From positions 68,758,001 through 68,822,000 of the forward strand of contig JBITNC010000001.1 of NCBI GenBank assembly GCA_050084985.1: a stretch of DNA of 64,000 nucleotides, written 5' to 3'. Source of the DNA: Nageia nagi (lineage: Eukaryota > Plantae > Pinophyta). A program made the translations under genes and the position numbers. Of this stretch, positions 1 to 13,824 are shown in pieces. Every line of letters starts with the position of its first letter. The first letter of the stretch is position 1. Under the pieces are notes generated by a model. That model was given only the letters and a program-made list of their open reading frames with translations, ran no database searches and was not told the DNA's origin.

Positions 1-560
1 TATGGGAGAATGGAAATTGTAAGTTCAATGGGAGGAGTTTCACCTTCAACCTTGAAATAATTTCTTAGGCAATTGGGATGCCTAACATGGGTCTCCAAGT
101 GAATTGAGAAGGCAAATTCAAAAAGATAGAAGCTAAGAACAAATGTCTGAGGGAGGTGATGAAGATTAGAGAATTTGATAAATATCAGATGCGAGTGATT
201 AGGAAATCGATATCCAACATCTAGAATGAATTTTTAGTGGCACTAATTATATATGTGACTCTAGAGGAATGCTACAAGATGTTGATCGCTTCCCATTTAT
301 ACTTGCTTAACCACTTCATCTTTCTAGAGATTTACAAGGTAAATTATCCATTCTTCATCTTCAATTCCCTAACTTTATCTATTCATAAGGTAAAGAAGAA
401 TAAGGTTGTAGTTCCCATGCACAAATCTATCATCAAATTAGTTTATGAGAGAGCAATTCTCTCCCAACCTAGGAAATTTCCAAGGGTTTAAGTAATAGTC
501 AAGGGCCAAGTTTTCAAACCCACTCAAGGGAAAAGGATGGAAATTGGAGAATCCTCAATT
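1..560 (+). pseudogene. Decayed retroelement accessory-ORF fragment
   Basis: ORF 237-491 (YVTLEECY..HLYLLNHF..NYPFFIFNSL..HKSIIKLVY) resembles, from memory, accessory ORFs of gymnosperm LTR elements; stop codons upstream. Confidence 0.35.
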
Positions 561-2234
561 TATCCCATGAAAAAATATGATAAAGGTAAGGGTAAGGCTC
601 TAATTTTTCATGGAGGGCTACAACATTCTAAACCAAAAAGGTATCAAATTAGATAAAAATCTAAAGAAGACCCATCCTCTATGCCATAGAATGTAAATGT
701 TGAGGTCTTAGATACATGTGCACCAAATGAAAAGATGGAAAAGGATAACACCCTATCAATTGAAAGTAATTTTGAAGCAATATATATCCTTTTGAGCTTT
801 AGTACAAAATGGGGTACAAAAGGAGGAAGAAGCAGTAAAAATATGTAAAGGAGAAGGGAGAATGTAACTAGGAAAAGAAAGAAAGTGCTTTTCAAAAAGA
901 AGGGATCACATATAATTAAAGTCAAGCGAGAAAATGTTCTTTCTAAAGCTAAGGACCTGCTTGAAAAGAGAAAAGGTATTTCAAAGGTGCCTAGAAAAAT
1001 CCTTCAACTTAGAAGAAAACTAATTATCTCGAAGGAGAAAAAAAAATTACCCCTTAAAATCATCAAACTCTCCAAGTACAAAGTATCCCATTTGATGTCA
1101 GTGACATGGAAATAGAGGCAGGATTTGACACCTCAAAATAGCCTAGTAAGCAAACTTTTAGAGAGGAGAAGAGGGCACATGAGGAGATATCCAATGGTGA
1201 GACTCCTTTTTTGATAAGACAAAAGAAAAGGAAGGTTCACTTAAAATAGTAGTTTGGAAGAGGCTATTATTATGAAAGATGAAGTGAATTTGGATGCTCC
1301 TAGCTTTATCCAGTTTGAGTCGACACCAGCCACCTAGTTTACTATAGCTAATAGGACCATATCAACAACACAAAGTAAGTAAAGTAAGAAAGAGCCAACC
1401 CCTATTGGAAAGAATAGTAAGATTTTACATCCTAATAAACAACATGTGGAGACAACAAAGAAGGGACACACTTTACCTACCTAAAAATTAGTTGGTCTTA
1501 TTATAAAGGAGAATGAAATTCTCTTCAAAGGGGCTTAATTCATAAACTTGGAGGACCAAATTCCTCTTGAACAATTTAAAATAAGGGAAATTAGCAAAAA
1601 TCACAATCTAGATTCATGAAGCACCAAAAGAAAGGCCCAAAGGTGAGAGATAGTGTTTCTGATTCCCTTTTCTAAAATATGTCTAGCTTAAACCTCACTT
1701 GGAAAGAATAAGACAAGGAAACAAGGCAACTTAGTAAATCTCATGGATGTATCAAAAGATATTTTAGCATAAAAATCCATAATGAAATGTTAGAGGAAAC
1801 TAAATCAAGGAGAGGAGCTCGCATTAAGAAATACGAGGACATTGGAGAGTACCTTGGCTTCAAAGAGATCATGTTGAAGAAAACTTATATTAGGTTTTAC
1901 AAGTTCAATTATGAATAGCATGTTCAGTCCTCTTATAGTATTTAAGAGAGTTTTTTTAATGTCAAGCAAAATATTTTGTAGGATCCACAATGGATCACAA
2001 TATCTATATATGTTTTGGTAATTATAGTTCAGGTCCTCTAAATTATGTACTATTTTAAATGTTGCATTCTCTTGTACCTAAACCACATAAGTATTATCTA
2101 ATTGGGTAGTAAGTCTTAAGTATAACTTCTTGTTAGCTTGCAAAACACTTATGATTTTTCGATGTAAAGGTTGGTGAAGTCTTGTGCAAAATTCACACTT
2201 GTTTTTTGATTAATACAAAATTTACCATTAATCA

Positions 2235-2260
2235 AATAATAATAATAATAATAATAATAA
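2235..2260. repeat. (AAT)n microsatellite
   Basis: Directly visible. Confidence 0.95.
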
Positions 2261-2472
2261 ATTTTTAGATAGGTATCTAGGTGTTTAGAATAAATAAATG
2301 CTCTAGAAGCATAGCATAAATGTTAGTATTTGATAGGTAGTTATTAATATTGTATGCTACTCTTGTTTTGTATAATACCATGTAATCATCAAACCATGGT
2401 ATTCTTAATGTAATTGCCTATTTAAAAGCTTCTTTTGGAATAAAATGGTAAACAAGTTTGCTTCCACATCAT

Positions 2473-2484
2473 TGGTATCAGAGC
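2473..2484 (+). promoter_or_regulatory. Primer binding site, tRNA-iMet
   Basis: TGGTATCAGAGC one base after an LTR end CATCA. Confidence 0.85.
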
Positions 2485-3901
2485 GAGTTTGTTCACTTTG
2501 GCATTTTTCTTCCTTTGATTTTGTGGTTACAATCCTCTTATTTGGATTTGCATTTTGTGCAACTTGTGGATCTTTAGTGGGAGTTTTAGAATTTTGACTC
2601 TCTTGTTTTAAGTCTTTGATTCCTTTTGGTATATTTACATCCACTTTCCTACTCTTATGCAATTTGAAGCTTCATTTTCATCTTTTGATGTTTGGAAGAT
2701 AACATCATTTGTAGCTCGCCACCTTTCCTTATACAATGACAATGTGTGAGGCATGTTGATATGTATTCCCTTGCCTTTTCATTGGAATCATTCTATATAG
2801 TGCTCATATCTACTTTGTGGGCATCATATCTACTACATTTTTATATTTTTGGGTAATTTTATAGAAATTATGATGTACAATTTTGGTTTTGCTGAATGAT
2901 TTTATTGTAATCATTGAGAGGTTGATTCTAATCCAAAAGGGGTCATGTGACCACTTGTTTCATAAGTTATCGATGAGATTTATCCATAAATTTATCTTTT
3001 TGTGTTAATTAGATACTTGTATGAAAAGTTATGGGATTTTGAAGTTTTTTGATGTAAAATTTGATATTTGCACCTTCGATAATTAATTGTCTATCTTGTA
3101 CATTTGGCGTCTGACACCAAATATATGAAAAGTATTAGAATCTTTCTTTTGAATTGGATATTTGTAGATATTAGATCTATTATTGGGAGGCATGGCTACA
3201 TCCACTTTACCTGCATCAATTACACATCTCGCTCATGTATTAGACATATTGGTTGCTCAAGTCAATATTTTCAACACTCAAATATATATCAATGATTTAC
3301 TTGTTCAAATCAATGCCACATCTCAACTTGTGAAATATTTTTCTCTTCAAGTGAAAGAGAAGTAAGAAGCTATTTCTTTATAGACTCCTCCTCCCACAAA
3401 AACTACATCTCTTTCAAACAAGATAAGTGATGACCTTTTTGATGGAATTGCTTCTCTCTTTCTTAAGTCACACATTAAAGATGTTGTTGACCTTCATGAA
3501 GAGATTACCTTCTTATTTAATGTTTCTCCATTTTTGGATCATATGGATAATTCTAAGGACTCTATTATGGATTTTTATGTGAATTTTACTATTCCTTGTG
3601 CACCAGATTCTGTAAAGGTTTCTTCTATACCATCTCTATTATTACATCAAACATTTCTACCATAATAATAGCTCGAGGATCCTGGTTTTAAGATCAAGTT
3701 TGAGACATATTTGTTAGGTTGGAAATGCATTAAACCTCCTTCGTTTGACTACTTTTTTTTGGAAATCTTCTACCACATAATTTCATTATGTGATTCTAAT
3801 TTTGTGGCTTTTGCCGATTCTTATCAGCTTCCTCATTATCACCTTCTTTATCCTTTGGACACATTGGGGATCAATTATTTTCTTGTTGGAAGGAATGATG
3901 A

Positions 3902-3902
<1 letters not shown>

Positions 3903-3961
<59 letters not shown>
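3903..3961. repeat. (TAA)n microsatellite, ~19 units
   Basis: Directly visible. Confidence 0.97.
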
Positions 3962-5490
3962 TTTCTAGATAGGTATGCAGGTGTTTAAAATAAATGAATG
4001 CTCTAGAAGTGATCTGAGATGGATTTTAGAGTCTTAAAAAAAAGGTGATTTTTCAAGTTTATAATTTTGTTGATTATTATCTTCTATATTAAATATATCT
4101 CCACCATGATTCCAATGTTTCAAATAAAAAATAAAATTGAGCTATGGTTTGTAAGTTATGGCTTTCCAAAATTTGAAGTTAAATATAAAAAAATGCAAAA
4201 TATGCATGGAAGGCTCTATTGATGAACTCACCAAGAGTAGATCAAGTTGATTCATAACTTGAAATTTTAATCATTTGTACCTCATATATGGTAAACATGT
4301 GGTTAAAATTAGAAGAAATTCAGATTAAATACATGAAATTTATGGTGCTCACAAAATGGTAAATTCTCATTTTGTGTTCATGATAGTCAAAATTTTGACA
4401 GCTACTAGGTGGAAATCTATGTTGGAGGCCAACTTGATGACAATGATAGGAGCTACAAGTAAGGAATTGAAGCATGAAATTTGGATCAATTAAGATATGT
4501 ATATCAAAGAACACATGGATAAAATTTCATGAAAATTGGGATTATGTTCATGAAGTTGTGGTCATGACAAAATGGCACTAGAAGTAATTTTGATAGTTTT
4601 AGAAAATCCAAAAAGATAGGAGAATATAACCATATAAGGCCAAAACAATGCTATGGAGATAAAAATGAGGGAGATTATTGTTGTGATTATGAGATATCAT
4701 ATTGTAAAGGAAGAAAAATAATAAATATTATCTCATCACCATGTAACCATAAACTCCAAATTTGTAATCCCTTAATATTATAAAGGGAACATGGAGTATA
4801 AAAAAGAGTGAAGTCCCTTAGTGGGAAAATCCTCCCAAGTGGAGAGCATGTAGGTTTTAAAAATGTAGAGAAAATCCATTTTTTGTTAAACTCCATGGAA
4901 AATATTATAGCCATGAGAGTGATTTTTGGAGTTACATTTAGAACTTGCACATATTGTAAAAAATCCATAAATGACATTATTATCATGAAAAATGAAGAAA
5001 AGAAGTGGACAAAATAATATCCATGGTGCAAATACAAAAAAGGATAAAGAGTGATTCCCAATATGTCAACTCAGGATAAGAGACATGGAATCATGCTCAT
5101 GGACTTTCATTGAAAAGAGAGTCATCTTCAACAAAGTGATTCAATGGAGAGCTTATAGTGATCAAGTGTTTCAGCTTCAAAAGAGTGAAGCAAGATGTTA
5201 CATTCAAATGACATTGCAAAGTGGACTCTATGATAATGGATCAAATTTTTTTGGATGTAGACCACATAAATTGAAACAAGGTAAAATTGTGTCAATCTTT
5301 TTGTGTGATTGATTTTAATTTTTACAAGCACTAAAAAAAATAAAGTGTGAAGATCCAAATTAAATATTAAAAGTAGGGTTTATAGATCAAGAAGCATCTC
5401 ATAAAAGTTAGTATTTGATAGGTAGTTATTAATAATATGTGCTACGCTTATTTTTTACAATACTATGTGCTCATCAAACTATTATACTCA

Positions 5491-5904
5491 TAGTGACACT
5501 AAGAGGGGGGTGAATCGATGTGTTCTAATTTTTTTCAAACTTTGTTATTTCTTTATGAATTGTGAACTAGCTAATCAATGATCATATGATAATCACATAA
5601 AATTATTGCATCTCACAATATAGTATATAACATGAAAACCCAATGTGGAAAAAACCATTGTGCCAAAATGATTATTTGAGCTACCACTCAAATCATCCTC
5701 CTTAAAAATGGACTTACAATATTTCATTAGCTACAACTGATAGGCATAGATACAGCCAACCTTGCATTTAGCAACACCAACTATAAGGAGCACAAACCCC
5801 TAAGTTTAGAAGCATATACTACATGGAGAACCAACCCCTAATACCAAGCATGAACTTAGTCTTAACAAGAATAACAATATTGACATAAAAAATGCCTTTA
5901 ATTT
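5491..5904 (-). mobile_element. SIRE-like Copia LTR fragment, interrupted by the Copia at 5905
   Basis: ACTAAGAGGGGGGTGAAT at ~5497-5515 is the reverse complement of the ATTCACCCCCCTCT motif typical of SIRE LTR ends. Confidence 0.45.
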
Positions 5905-6609
5905 TATTAAGTGTGGAGCTTGATTTGGATTGATCTTTACATTTCTCTAACTCTAGCCTCAACTGGTTAGCTATTTAGAAGTCAATTGGCATACTAATTA
6001 AGAAGTGGTTAGCAATGGATGCGTTACTTAGGAATCAAGACTATCACATCCATTTTGCATTAAGTAGTCAGTTTAATACATACTGATTAGGAAATAGAGA
6101 GAGTTAAACTCCAATTTAGGAAATCAAAATCATGTTCAATCCAACCGTAATTCCATAGTTGGGGGTTACACATAGGTGGGTATTTACTCTGTGGATTCCT
6201 TGACCACTTTTGGGATCAAGATGGATTGGTAGCCCTCCTATAAATAGAGGTATTTGGATTGAGGTCTTGTATGTAGTTTTTGAGCTTGTCATAATGTTGA
6301 TTTAATATGCTCATGCTTGAGAATTTTGAGAGAAATTTGTAGAGAGGTTTTTTTGTACTCCAAAGTGAAGGTTGTAGCAAGGTTATGCTATTGGTTTGTT
6401 TCTTGGAGCACATGGAAGATGATGAATGCAAAGGGTTGAAAACTTCTCTATGGATGTAGCCCACATTGCGTGAACCACATTAAACTCTTGTCTTAAACTT
6501 GTTGTGTGATTGCTTAATATTTTATTTTTGTATACATAGTTGCTTATTTTTTCAAGGACTAGGAGGATTTAATATGTTCAAGTTTATATAAAATTATTTG
6601 AATCTAACA
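5905..6609 (+). repeat. 5' LTR of Copia
   Basis: Diverged direct repeat of 9078-9800, ends CTAACA, followed by PBS. Confidence 0.9.
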
Positions 6610-6689
6610 AGTGGTATCAGAGATTGTTGTTTTTTTGGATTTTGCTAGGTGAATCTTGCTTGTAGATTTCAACCAAGAGGAGTATGTAG

Positions 6690-9005
6690 CAGAAGAAGGA
6701 AGGTTGAAGGTGGAAATATTCAATGGGAAAGGTTTTCAATTTTGGATAATGAAAATGGTAGACTATCTCTACCAACCTCTTGAACATAAAAGTACATCCA
6801 TAAGTGATGCATATTGAAATTTGTTGTATAGAAAGCCTTTGGGGGTTGTTAGACTTTATCTAAGTTCTAGTGTACATTTCAATATTTCAAGAGAGAAAAC
6901 AACTAAAGGTGTAATAGAAAAACTTGTTAAAATGTATAAAAATCCATACACCTCTAATAAAGTATACTTGATAAAAATACTATTTAACATGAATATGAAT
7001 GGATTTAGATGGAGGCATTCCAAATGAGATATGGCAGGTAAAAAAGTAAACTACTCATTTTTAAGATTATTTGGTTGTGTAGAATTTGCACATATTGATA
7101 AAGATTGTAGAAATAAAATTGATTCAAAGTAAAAAAAAATGTTATTTCATTGGGTATGGAGTTGATGGTTTGGGTTTCAGATTATGGGATGTTGATAATC
7201 ACAACATCATTAGAAGTAGAGATGTTATATTCAATGTGAAAAGTAGGTACAAAGATAGGTTGTAGGTTGTACAAAAGGAAAAGGAACCAATATTTGTAAA
7301 TCTTGATGAGATTAATAAGCATGAGAAACCTAAAGAGAAAACTAAAGCACTTCCAAAACTAGAAGCCCAAACTACACCTATAGTTGTGAGGATATCTTCA
7401 AGGATTAGTAAAGCTCTTGAACATTATTATCCTTCTCTTTATTATGTGCTTTATATTGAAAATGGTGAAATTGAATGTTTTGATGAAGCAATATAGACTA
7501 GTACAAAGATTAACTAGGAGCATGCCATGAAAGAAGATATGGACTCTTTACTTAAAAATAAAATATGGACTTTGGTTGATCTTCCTAAGGGTAAAAGAGC
7601 ACTTACTAATAAATGGGTGTATAGGTTAAAGGAAGAAGAATATAGACAAAAGAGCTACAAGGAAATACTATTGGTAAAATATTTTAGTAAAAATAAAGGT
7701 ATAAATTTTGAAGAGATCTTTTCTTTGATTTTAGAAATAACCCATTAGAACAATAGAGTAATGTTGCTACTGGAAATCTATTTATTGATCAAATGGATGA
7801 GAGATAACTTTTATTCATGGTGACTTGGAGGAGGAGATTTACATGCATCAACCTCAAGGTTTTGAGGTCAAAGGTAAAGAAGGGTATATATGTAAGTTAG
7901 AAAAGAACTTGTATGGCCTCAAACAAGCTCTTAGAAAATGGCATCTTAAATTTGAAACTTTCATAGTAACAAATGAATTGACTAGATGTAAATCAAATCA
8001 TTGTGTATATTTTAAGAAGATAAAAAATGGAAATTGTATTATCTTGCTTTTATATGTGGATGATATGCTAGTAACAGGAACTAGTATGCATGATAATATT
8101 GATCTTAAAGAAAATTTGGCTAAAACGTTTGCAATGAAGGATTTGGGTGAGGCTAAGAAAATTCTTAGAATGAAAATAATAAGATACAAACAAACCCACA
8201 TTCTAAGATTAAGTCAAGAAGACTAGATTGAAAAAATGATTAAAAATTTTAATATAAAGGATAACAAATTTGTAACTACACCATTGGCATAACATTTCAA
8301 ACTCACTAAACCTTTAATTCCTAAGATAGATAAGGAAAAGGAGTGTATGAATAAGTTTCCCTATGCTTTGATGGTTGGGAGTTTAATGTATGCAATGGTG
8401 TGTACTAGACCTAATATAGCACAAGTAGTGGGAGTTGTAAGCAGGTTTATGAACAATCTAGGAAAGGGTCATTAGGAAGTAGTTAATTGGATCCTTAGGT
8501 ATTTGAGGCATACTTGTCATTAATCTTTGTATTTTGGATATTCTAACACTTGTTTGCAAGGTTATGTTGATTTTGGCATGGAAAGTGATCTTGATGTTGG
8601 GATAAGCACTACAGGTTATATCTTTACCATTGGTGGTACATCAATTAGTTAGATATCTAAGCTCCAACAAGTTGTGGCTCTCTCCACTATAGAAGCTGAG
8701 TATATTGTTGCTACATAGGAAAGAAAAGAGCTGATTTGGTTATAGAGATTATTAGAGGAGTTGGGTAAGGTGCAAGAGGATGCAAAACAATGGAGTGATA
8801 GTCAAAGTGCTATCCATATTACAAAGAACTCAACCTTTCAATATAGAACTAAACACATGAAATTGAGGTCATTCAAGCAACATTAGAGGATGGTTTAGTA
8901 AAGTTAGGAAAGATTCATACTTCACAAAATCCTATAGATATGTTCAATAAAGTTGCAACAAAAGATAAGTTGGGCTTTTTCTTAATTTTAGTTGGCCTAA
9001 AAGAT
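6690..9005 (+). pseudogene. Copia gag-pol pseudogene (partial gag, INT C-terminus, RT, RNase H)
   Basis: ORF fragments 6821-7027, 7527-7748 (WTLVDLPKGKRAL..KWVY) and 7825-8226 (EEEIYMHQPQGF, YVDDML), with multiple stops and frameshifts. Confidence 0.9.
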
Positions 9006-9077
9006 TAAAGTCAAGATGAGAAGATTTAAACCTTTTCTACAATGTGTTGTAGAGGTATCATTCTCCAAGTGGGAGAT

Positions 9078-9800
9078 TATTGAGTGTGGAGCTTAATTTG
9101 GCTTTATGTTTGTATTTCTCTAAATGTATTCTCAATTGATGTATCAATAAATGAAAATTCAACCAATCAAAAGTCATTTGATGTACCAATTAGGTAGTGG
9201 GTGGTAGTGGATACATTACTAAGTAATCAGGTATGCCACATCTAGTTTGCATTAGGTAGCTAGTATGATATATACTGATTGGAAAACATAAATCATTAAA
9301 CTCCCTTTAGGAAATCAAAATCATGTTCACTTCAATCTTAATTCAATTTTTTGGGGTTCCAGATAGCATGGGGAGTTACTCCATATATTCTTTGATAAGT
9401 TTTGGGGTCAATATGGATTAGTAACCCTCCTATAAATAATGGTATTTGGATTGAGATCTTGTATGTAGTTTTTGAACTTGTTGTAATGTTGTTTTGATAT
9501 GGTCATGTTCGAGAGTTTTGAGAGAGATTTGTAGAGAGGTTTTATTGTAATCTAAAGTGAAGGTTGTACCAAGGTTATGCTGTTGGGTTTTTTCTTGGAG
9601 CACTTGGAAGATGATGAGTGCAAAGGGTTGAAACTTATCCATGGATGTATCCCATCTTGGATGAAACACATTAAATAATTCTATCAAACTTGTTGTGTGA
9701 TTACGTACTCTTTTATTTCTATATACTTAGTTGCTTCTTTTGCTAAGGAGTAGAAGAATTTACTATACTCAAGTATATATGAAATTATTTGAACCTAACA
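9078..9800 (+). repeat. 3' LTR of Copia
   Basis: Follows the PPT, ends CTAACA, followed by TSD AATTT. Confidence 0.9.
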
Positions 9801-10634
9801 AATTTGTATAAAACCTAATTGGTTCTTAGCTCATCGATCCTTCCTCTTCTTGTGCAATCTACTCATAGAGAAATTACATATAAACTCATTAATAATTAAA
9901 TAATTAATCCCATATCACTATCTCCTTTGTTTCTCTTCTCTATTCTTCAATCAATTATACTCATACTCCCCCTTATTGTCTTAGCTCACATGCTATCTAT
10001 TCAACTTTCTATTATAGATAATGGATATGTATCATACTTTATTTTATTTCTTGGATCTAGGTTACTAAACAAGATACAATTCATCTACTTCATATTAGCA
10101 ATGCATACATCCATTCTTATTTTTCATTACTTTCTTGGCTCTCTCCACACTAATGAATCATTACCTCCCACTCAATATTTTTCTTAGGACATACTAATCA
10201 CATCATAAGGTCATTCCATATATGCTTGGCTCCTCATCCACTAACTTTGACTATTACATATTATCTATCAAACCTTAGAAGTGGTCATTTACTATTTTTC
10301 ATAACTACTATAATTGAAATACCTTTATATTCAATCCTATTGCTAATATTAATGGTTATTATTTTTACCTTGCACAATTTCTTAACTAATGCATGGTAAC
10401 TATAACTACTTTAGTAACTATAAGCTTATAATATTTGCGATATCACTCCTTGTCAATTTTGGCTATTATTAAATTAACCTTTCACCCTTATAGAGTCTCC
10501 TTAAACTTGAACATAACTATCAACATCACCAAGTATACAACAATATAAGTTTAGCTTCCTGCTTACTTAGAGTTTAAAAAACTTTGTATACTATATACAA
10601 TTGTTGATTGGAAAAGAATAACCTTGTCATCCAA

Positions 10635-13440
10635 GCATTGAATGGAATATAAGTCTTCCAACCTTTAGGATTTTGAACAAGCCATCCAATTTCCAACTAG
10701 GTGTAGAATACCCTCCATTTTAGTAGGATGAACCATTTTATGTAAGGTACAAAGTTGTAAGGAAGAGAGGGAATTATACTGGAAAGAAAAAAACAAAAAA
10801 TATAAGGTGTAGGGTGCATGGAAATAAAGGGGAAATGACCCTATGGCCTACATGTTGATATTTTCAATAATGGGCTCATTGTATCCATTAAGCTACTAGG
10901 AATAGATGAAAATATGTTACAATACCTAGCAAACTAAACCTAATATATTCAATTTCATGTGAATCCCATTTCCAACAACCAAAATGTATAGTTTAAATGC
11001 CATAACATAAAGAAGGGTGAGGGAATTTCACATAACCATTCAATTATCAATGAAACTCTCATTAAAAAGAGCAAGTGGTCAATTAACCAGTCTAGTAAAC
11101 ATATTTTACTAGCCTTTTGCTCAGGGTCAATCCTATCATTTACCATAGATTCCTGCTCAACATCCATACACATAATAATGATAACAAATATCTAACTAAC
11201 AACCTCATCTATGTAGGCAAATATCATATTAACTATTACAATATTATACATAGGGATTATGGGTTTTTGATATTTAGGAAATACCCTTCTAGCTATCATT
11301 CTCTAACTATTTATAAAGAAATTACAATGGCTAGGAAATATATTTTTACCCTTTTTAGCTACTACTAGACTATTTTACTACTCCTAATTAATTCTTGATT
11401 AGCCAATTGTAATGTACTATCCTTTTTGGCTATGAGCTCCTTTAGTTTGATAATTTTTTAGATTATCTTTACGTGTTTATATGCATTCTATTGATGGAGT
11501 CCTATAGGAATTTCAATGTCTTGATCATCCTTTGATCGAGCATAATTTTTTCAAATTACTTGTGTAGCTTTTGTAGCTTTGACTAGATATTATTTTGCAA
11601 ATTCAATCAATTTTAGGGATTTCTTCTTTGAATTCATGCCAACTAAGCATGGTGTTTATCTAGATGATGTGACTAAGTAGAGGGCTGGTTGTAATGAATA
11701 CCTAAGCTCCATGTAAAAAATTATGATGTGGTTAACATGTTGGTATCACCTTGGATCTTCATTAGACATGCCCATGCTATCAGATTCCTTCTTTAATGTT
11801 CTACATTAGGTATCTAGGAACTGTGTCTGTTCATTTATGAGAGTTATGATATTTGGGTACTATGTTTTGAGCCATATTCAAGTGTTACTTATTACTAGCA
11901 CCCATTATTACTTAAATAATTTAGGTTCAAAAGTAGCTAGATCTAGGGCCTTTTATATTCTAGGATGATATCAATAGTTGTATATTCCTTAACTCTATGA
12001 TCTGTCAACACTTAAGTTCTTCTAAGTCTTTCAAGTCTATGATCCATTAGAATCAAGAACATTTAGGTTCTTTAAGTGACATAAGCTACAATATTTTATT
12101 AGGATTTGTAATCCATCCATCCTTAGCCACCTTTTATTTAGGACTATAGACACAAGGAGCATTTAAAATTGGGAGTGTAGCCACCTTTTATTACTTCTTT
12201 ATGCAAAATTGTAGCAAATAAAACTAGGAAGAAATCATTATACAAAATGATGTGACCATTAGAAATGAAAAATTTCTCTTAACCCAAAAAAGGTTGCTTC
12301 ATACATTGTAAGATGAAGATATTACCAATAAGACATGATCTGCAAAGATGGTGCATGGTGGGGAAAGTGGGTCAAAAATATTCCAAGAGAGTAGAAATAT
12401 CCAACACTTTATACATCATAAAATTACACCCTTTCCCCCAAAAAGGCATAGTATTTAACAACCTATAGTTACTAAATGAGTTGCCATGGCCTTCATTATG
12501 ATATCCCATGATGCTTACAAAATGATACTTTGACATGTATAGACTAGAAGGTTGGGATATTGGGGGGAAACAAGAGAGAAATGAGTGGGAAAATCATGAA
12601 GGAAGGGAGAATTTATGAATGGGATAAGAATATGAGTTGTGAGTAATGGAGGAGGATGGGTAAAAGAAACTATGGGGTGATGCTATGGGAGAAAGTATAG
12701 GTGTGGAAACAAACAATAGAATAATTATGAACAAAGTGGAGGTGAGGGTGGTAGAAGATCCCTATTTACATGGCCACCACATTAGAATATTAGTTTCCAA
12801 GATTCACATGATATAATTCCTCACTTCTTTGATCTATAATCATTTTAATTATTCTTTTTGGAGAGGAGAGAATTTGAAAGATTGTATATATAGGTGAAAT
12901 TGAGTTACTGTAGACTTGTATGGTGCCAAATGGTTCTCATGATATGCATTCATCTCTAGATTCAACAAGATCCTCAAGGCATTATCAGGATATCCTTTAG
13001 TTATCATATTTCTGTTAGATCTTGACTTATTTTGGTCACATGGAGATTCTTCCTTTTTATTGTATGGGGACCTATCTTTCTTAATCTATTTTGTTGATTG
13101 AAATAGAGTAAATACAAATAAATGTGTATTCACCCTTATCAAATCAAGACATTATCCAACTATGTCAATTGATGTTCCATCTACAAAATAGATACAAAAT
13201 AGTTAATGGGTCCCATTAGGTGTGCCGAAAACTATTGAATGGCAAAGTAGAACCTTATCAACCAGGAAGTGAATGGAAGATAAGTCTTATAACCTTTGAT
13301 ATTTTACAGTTCTTATTTTCAACTAGGCATGTAATGCCCTCTATTTTAGTAGGATGAACTATTTTATGTAAGGTAGCAAGTTGCAGGAAAGAGAGGGAAA
13401 TATATTGGAAAGGAAAAAATAAAAAATATAAGGTGTAGGG
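10635..13440 (+). repeat. Diverged direct repeat: 10635-10813 ~ 13268-13440 (spacing ~2.6 kb); also 12225-12270 ~ 58650-58700
   Basis: Shared TTTTAGTAGGATGAAC..AAATATAAGGTGTAGGG block, and shared ATACAAAATGATGTGACCATT block. Confidence 0.7.
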
Positions 13441-13455
13441 TATTTTCAACTAGGC

Positions 13456-13801
13456 AAAGCATTTGTGTGTGCATGTAGTGTATTTCTAAGTTAGATCCAT
13501 GCTAGTTTAGTTTATTTTTATCATTTGATCATTCCACATTACACCATGGGCATTTACTTATTTTATAGCACCCATTTGGCTATGGGATAGGGATATACAT
13601 TCATTGAAGGAGGTTTCAAACCTCTCCTTGAGTACACTATGGGGTCTTAAGGGACCATAGTGAAGAGATCCCTACTAACATTTGTCTATTGCAAGCCTAG
13701 GTAAACTATCAAACATCCATCCAACACATCAACATCAAGCAACATTCTAGATTTTGCAATGTGTACATCCTAAAATGGGTTAGGCCATTTTAGATGTAAC
13801 A
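13456..13801 (+). repeat. Truncated 5' LTR of the Tat/Ogre element
   Basis: Diverged copy of 58304-58649. Confidence 0.9.
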
Positions 13802-13806
13802 TAAAA

Positions 13807-13824
13807 TGGTGATCATGGCGGGAC
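13807..13824 (+). promoter_or_regulatory. Degenerate PBS, tRNA-Arg type
   Basis: TGGTGATCATGGCGGGAC looks like a C>T-decayed TGGCGACCACGGCGGGAC, just after the LTR end. Confidence 0.6.

Larger units (their letters stand above)
2235..5490 (+). mobile_element. Decayed non-autonomous CRM-like Gypsy LTR element
   Basis: LTR-like copies at ~2235-2471 (ends CATCA) and from 3896 (starts TGATG) share blocks (2261-2309 ~ 3961-4009; 2322-2404 ~ 5407-5489); PBS TGGTATCAGAGC at 2473; CRM-type tail GINYFLVGRNDE runs into the 3' LTR; internal region has no intact ORF. Confidence 0.6.
5905..9800 (+). mobile_element. Ty1/Copia retrotransposon (Tork/Tnt1-like), internally deleted and degenerate
   Basis: LTRs 5905-6609 and 9078-9800; TSD AATTT on both sides; PBS TGGTATCAGAG at 6612; PPT AAGTGGGAGAT 9067-9077; gag fragment joined directly to the integrase C-terminus near 7000; RT motifs LYGLKQA and LLYVDDM; RNase H remnants. 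Confidence 0.93.

Noticed and set aside
3790-3972. Poly-Asn ORF
   Set aside because: Translation of an (AAT)n microsatellite
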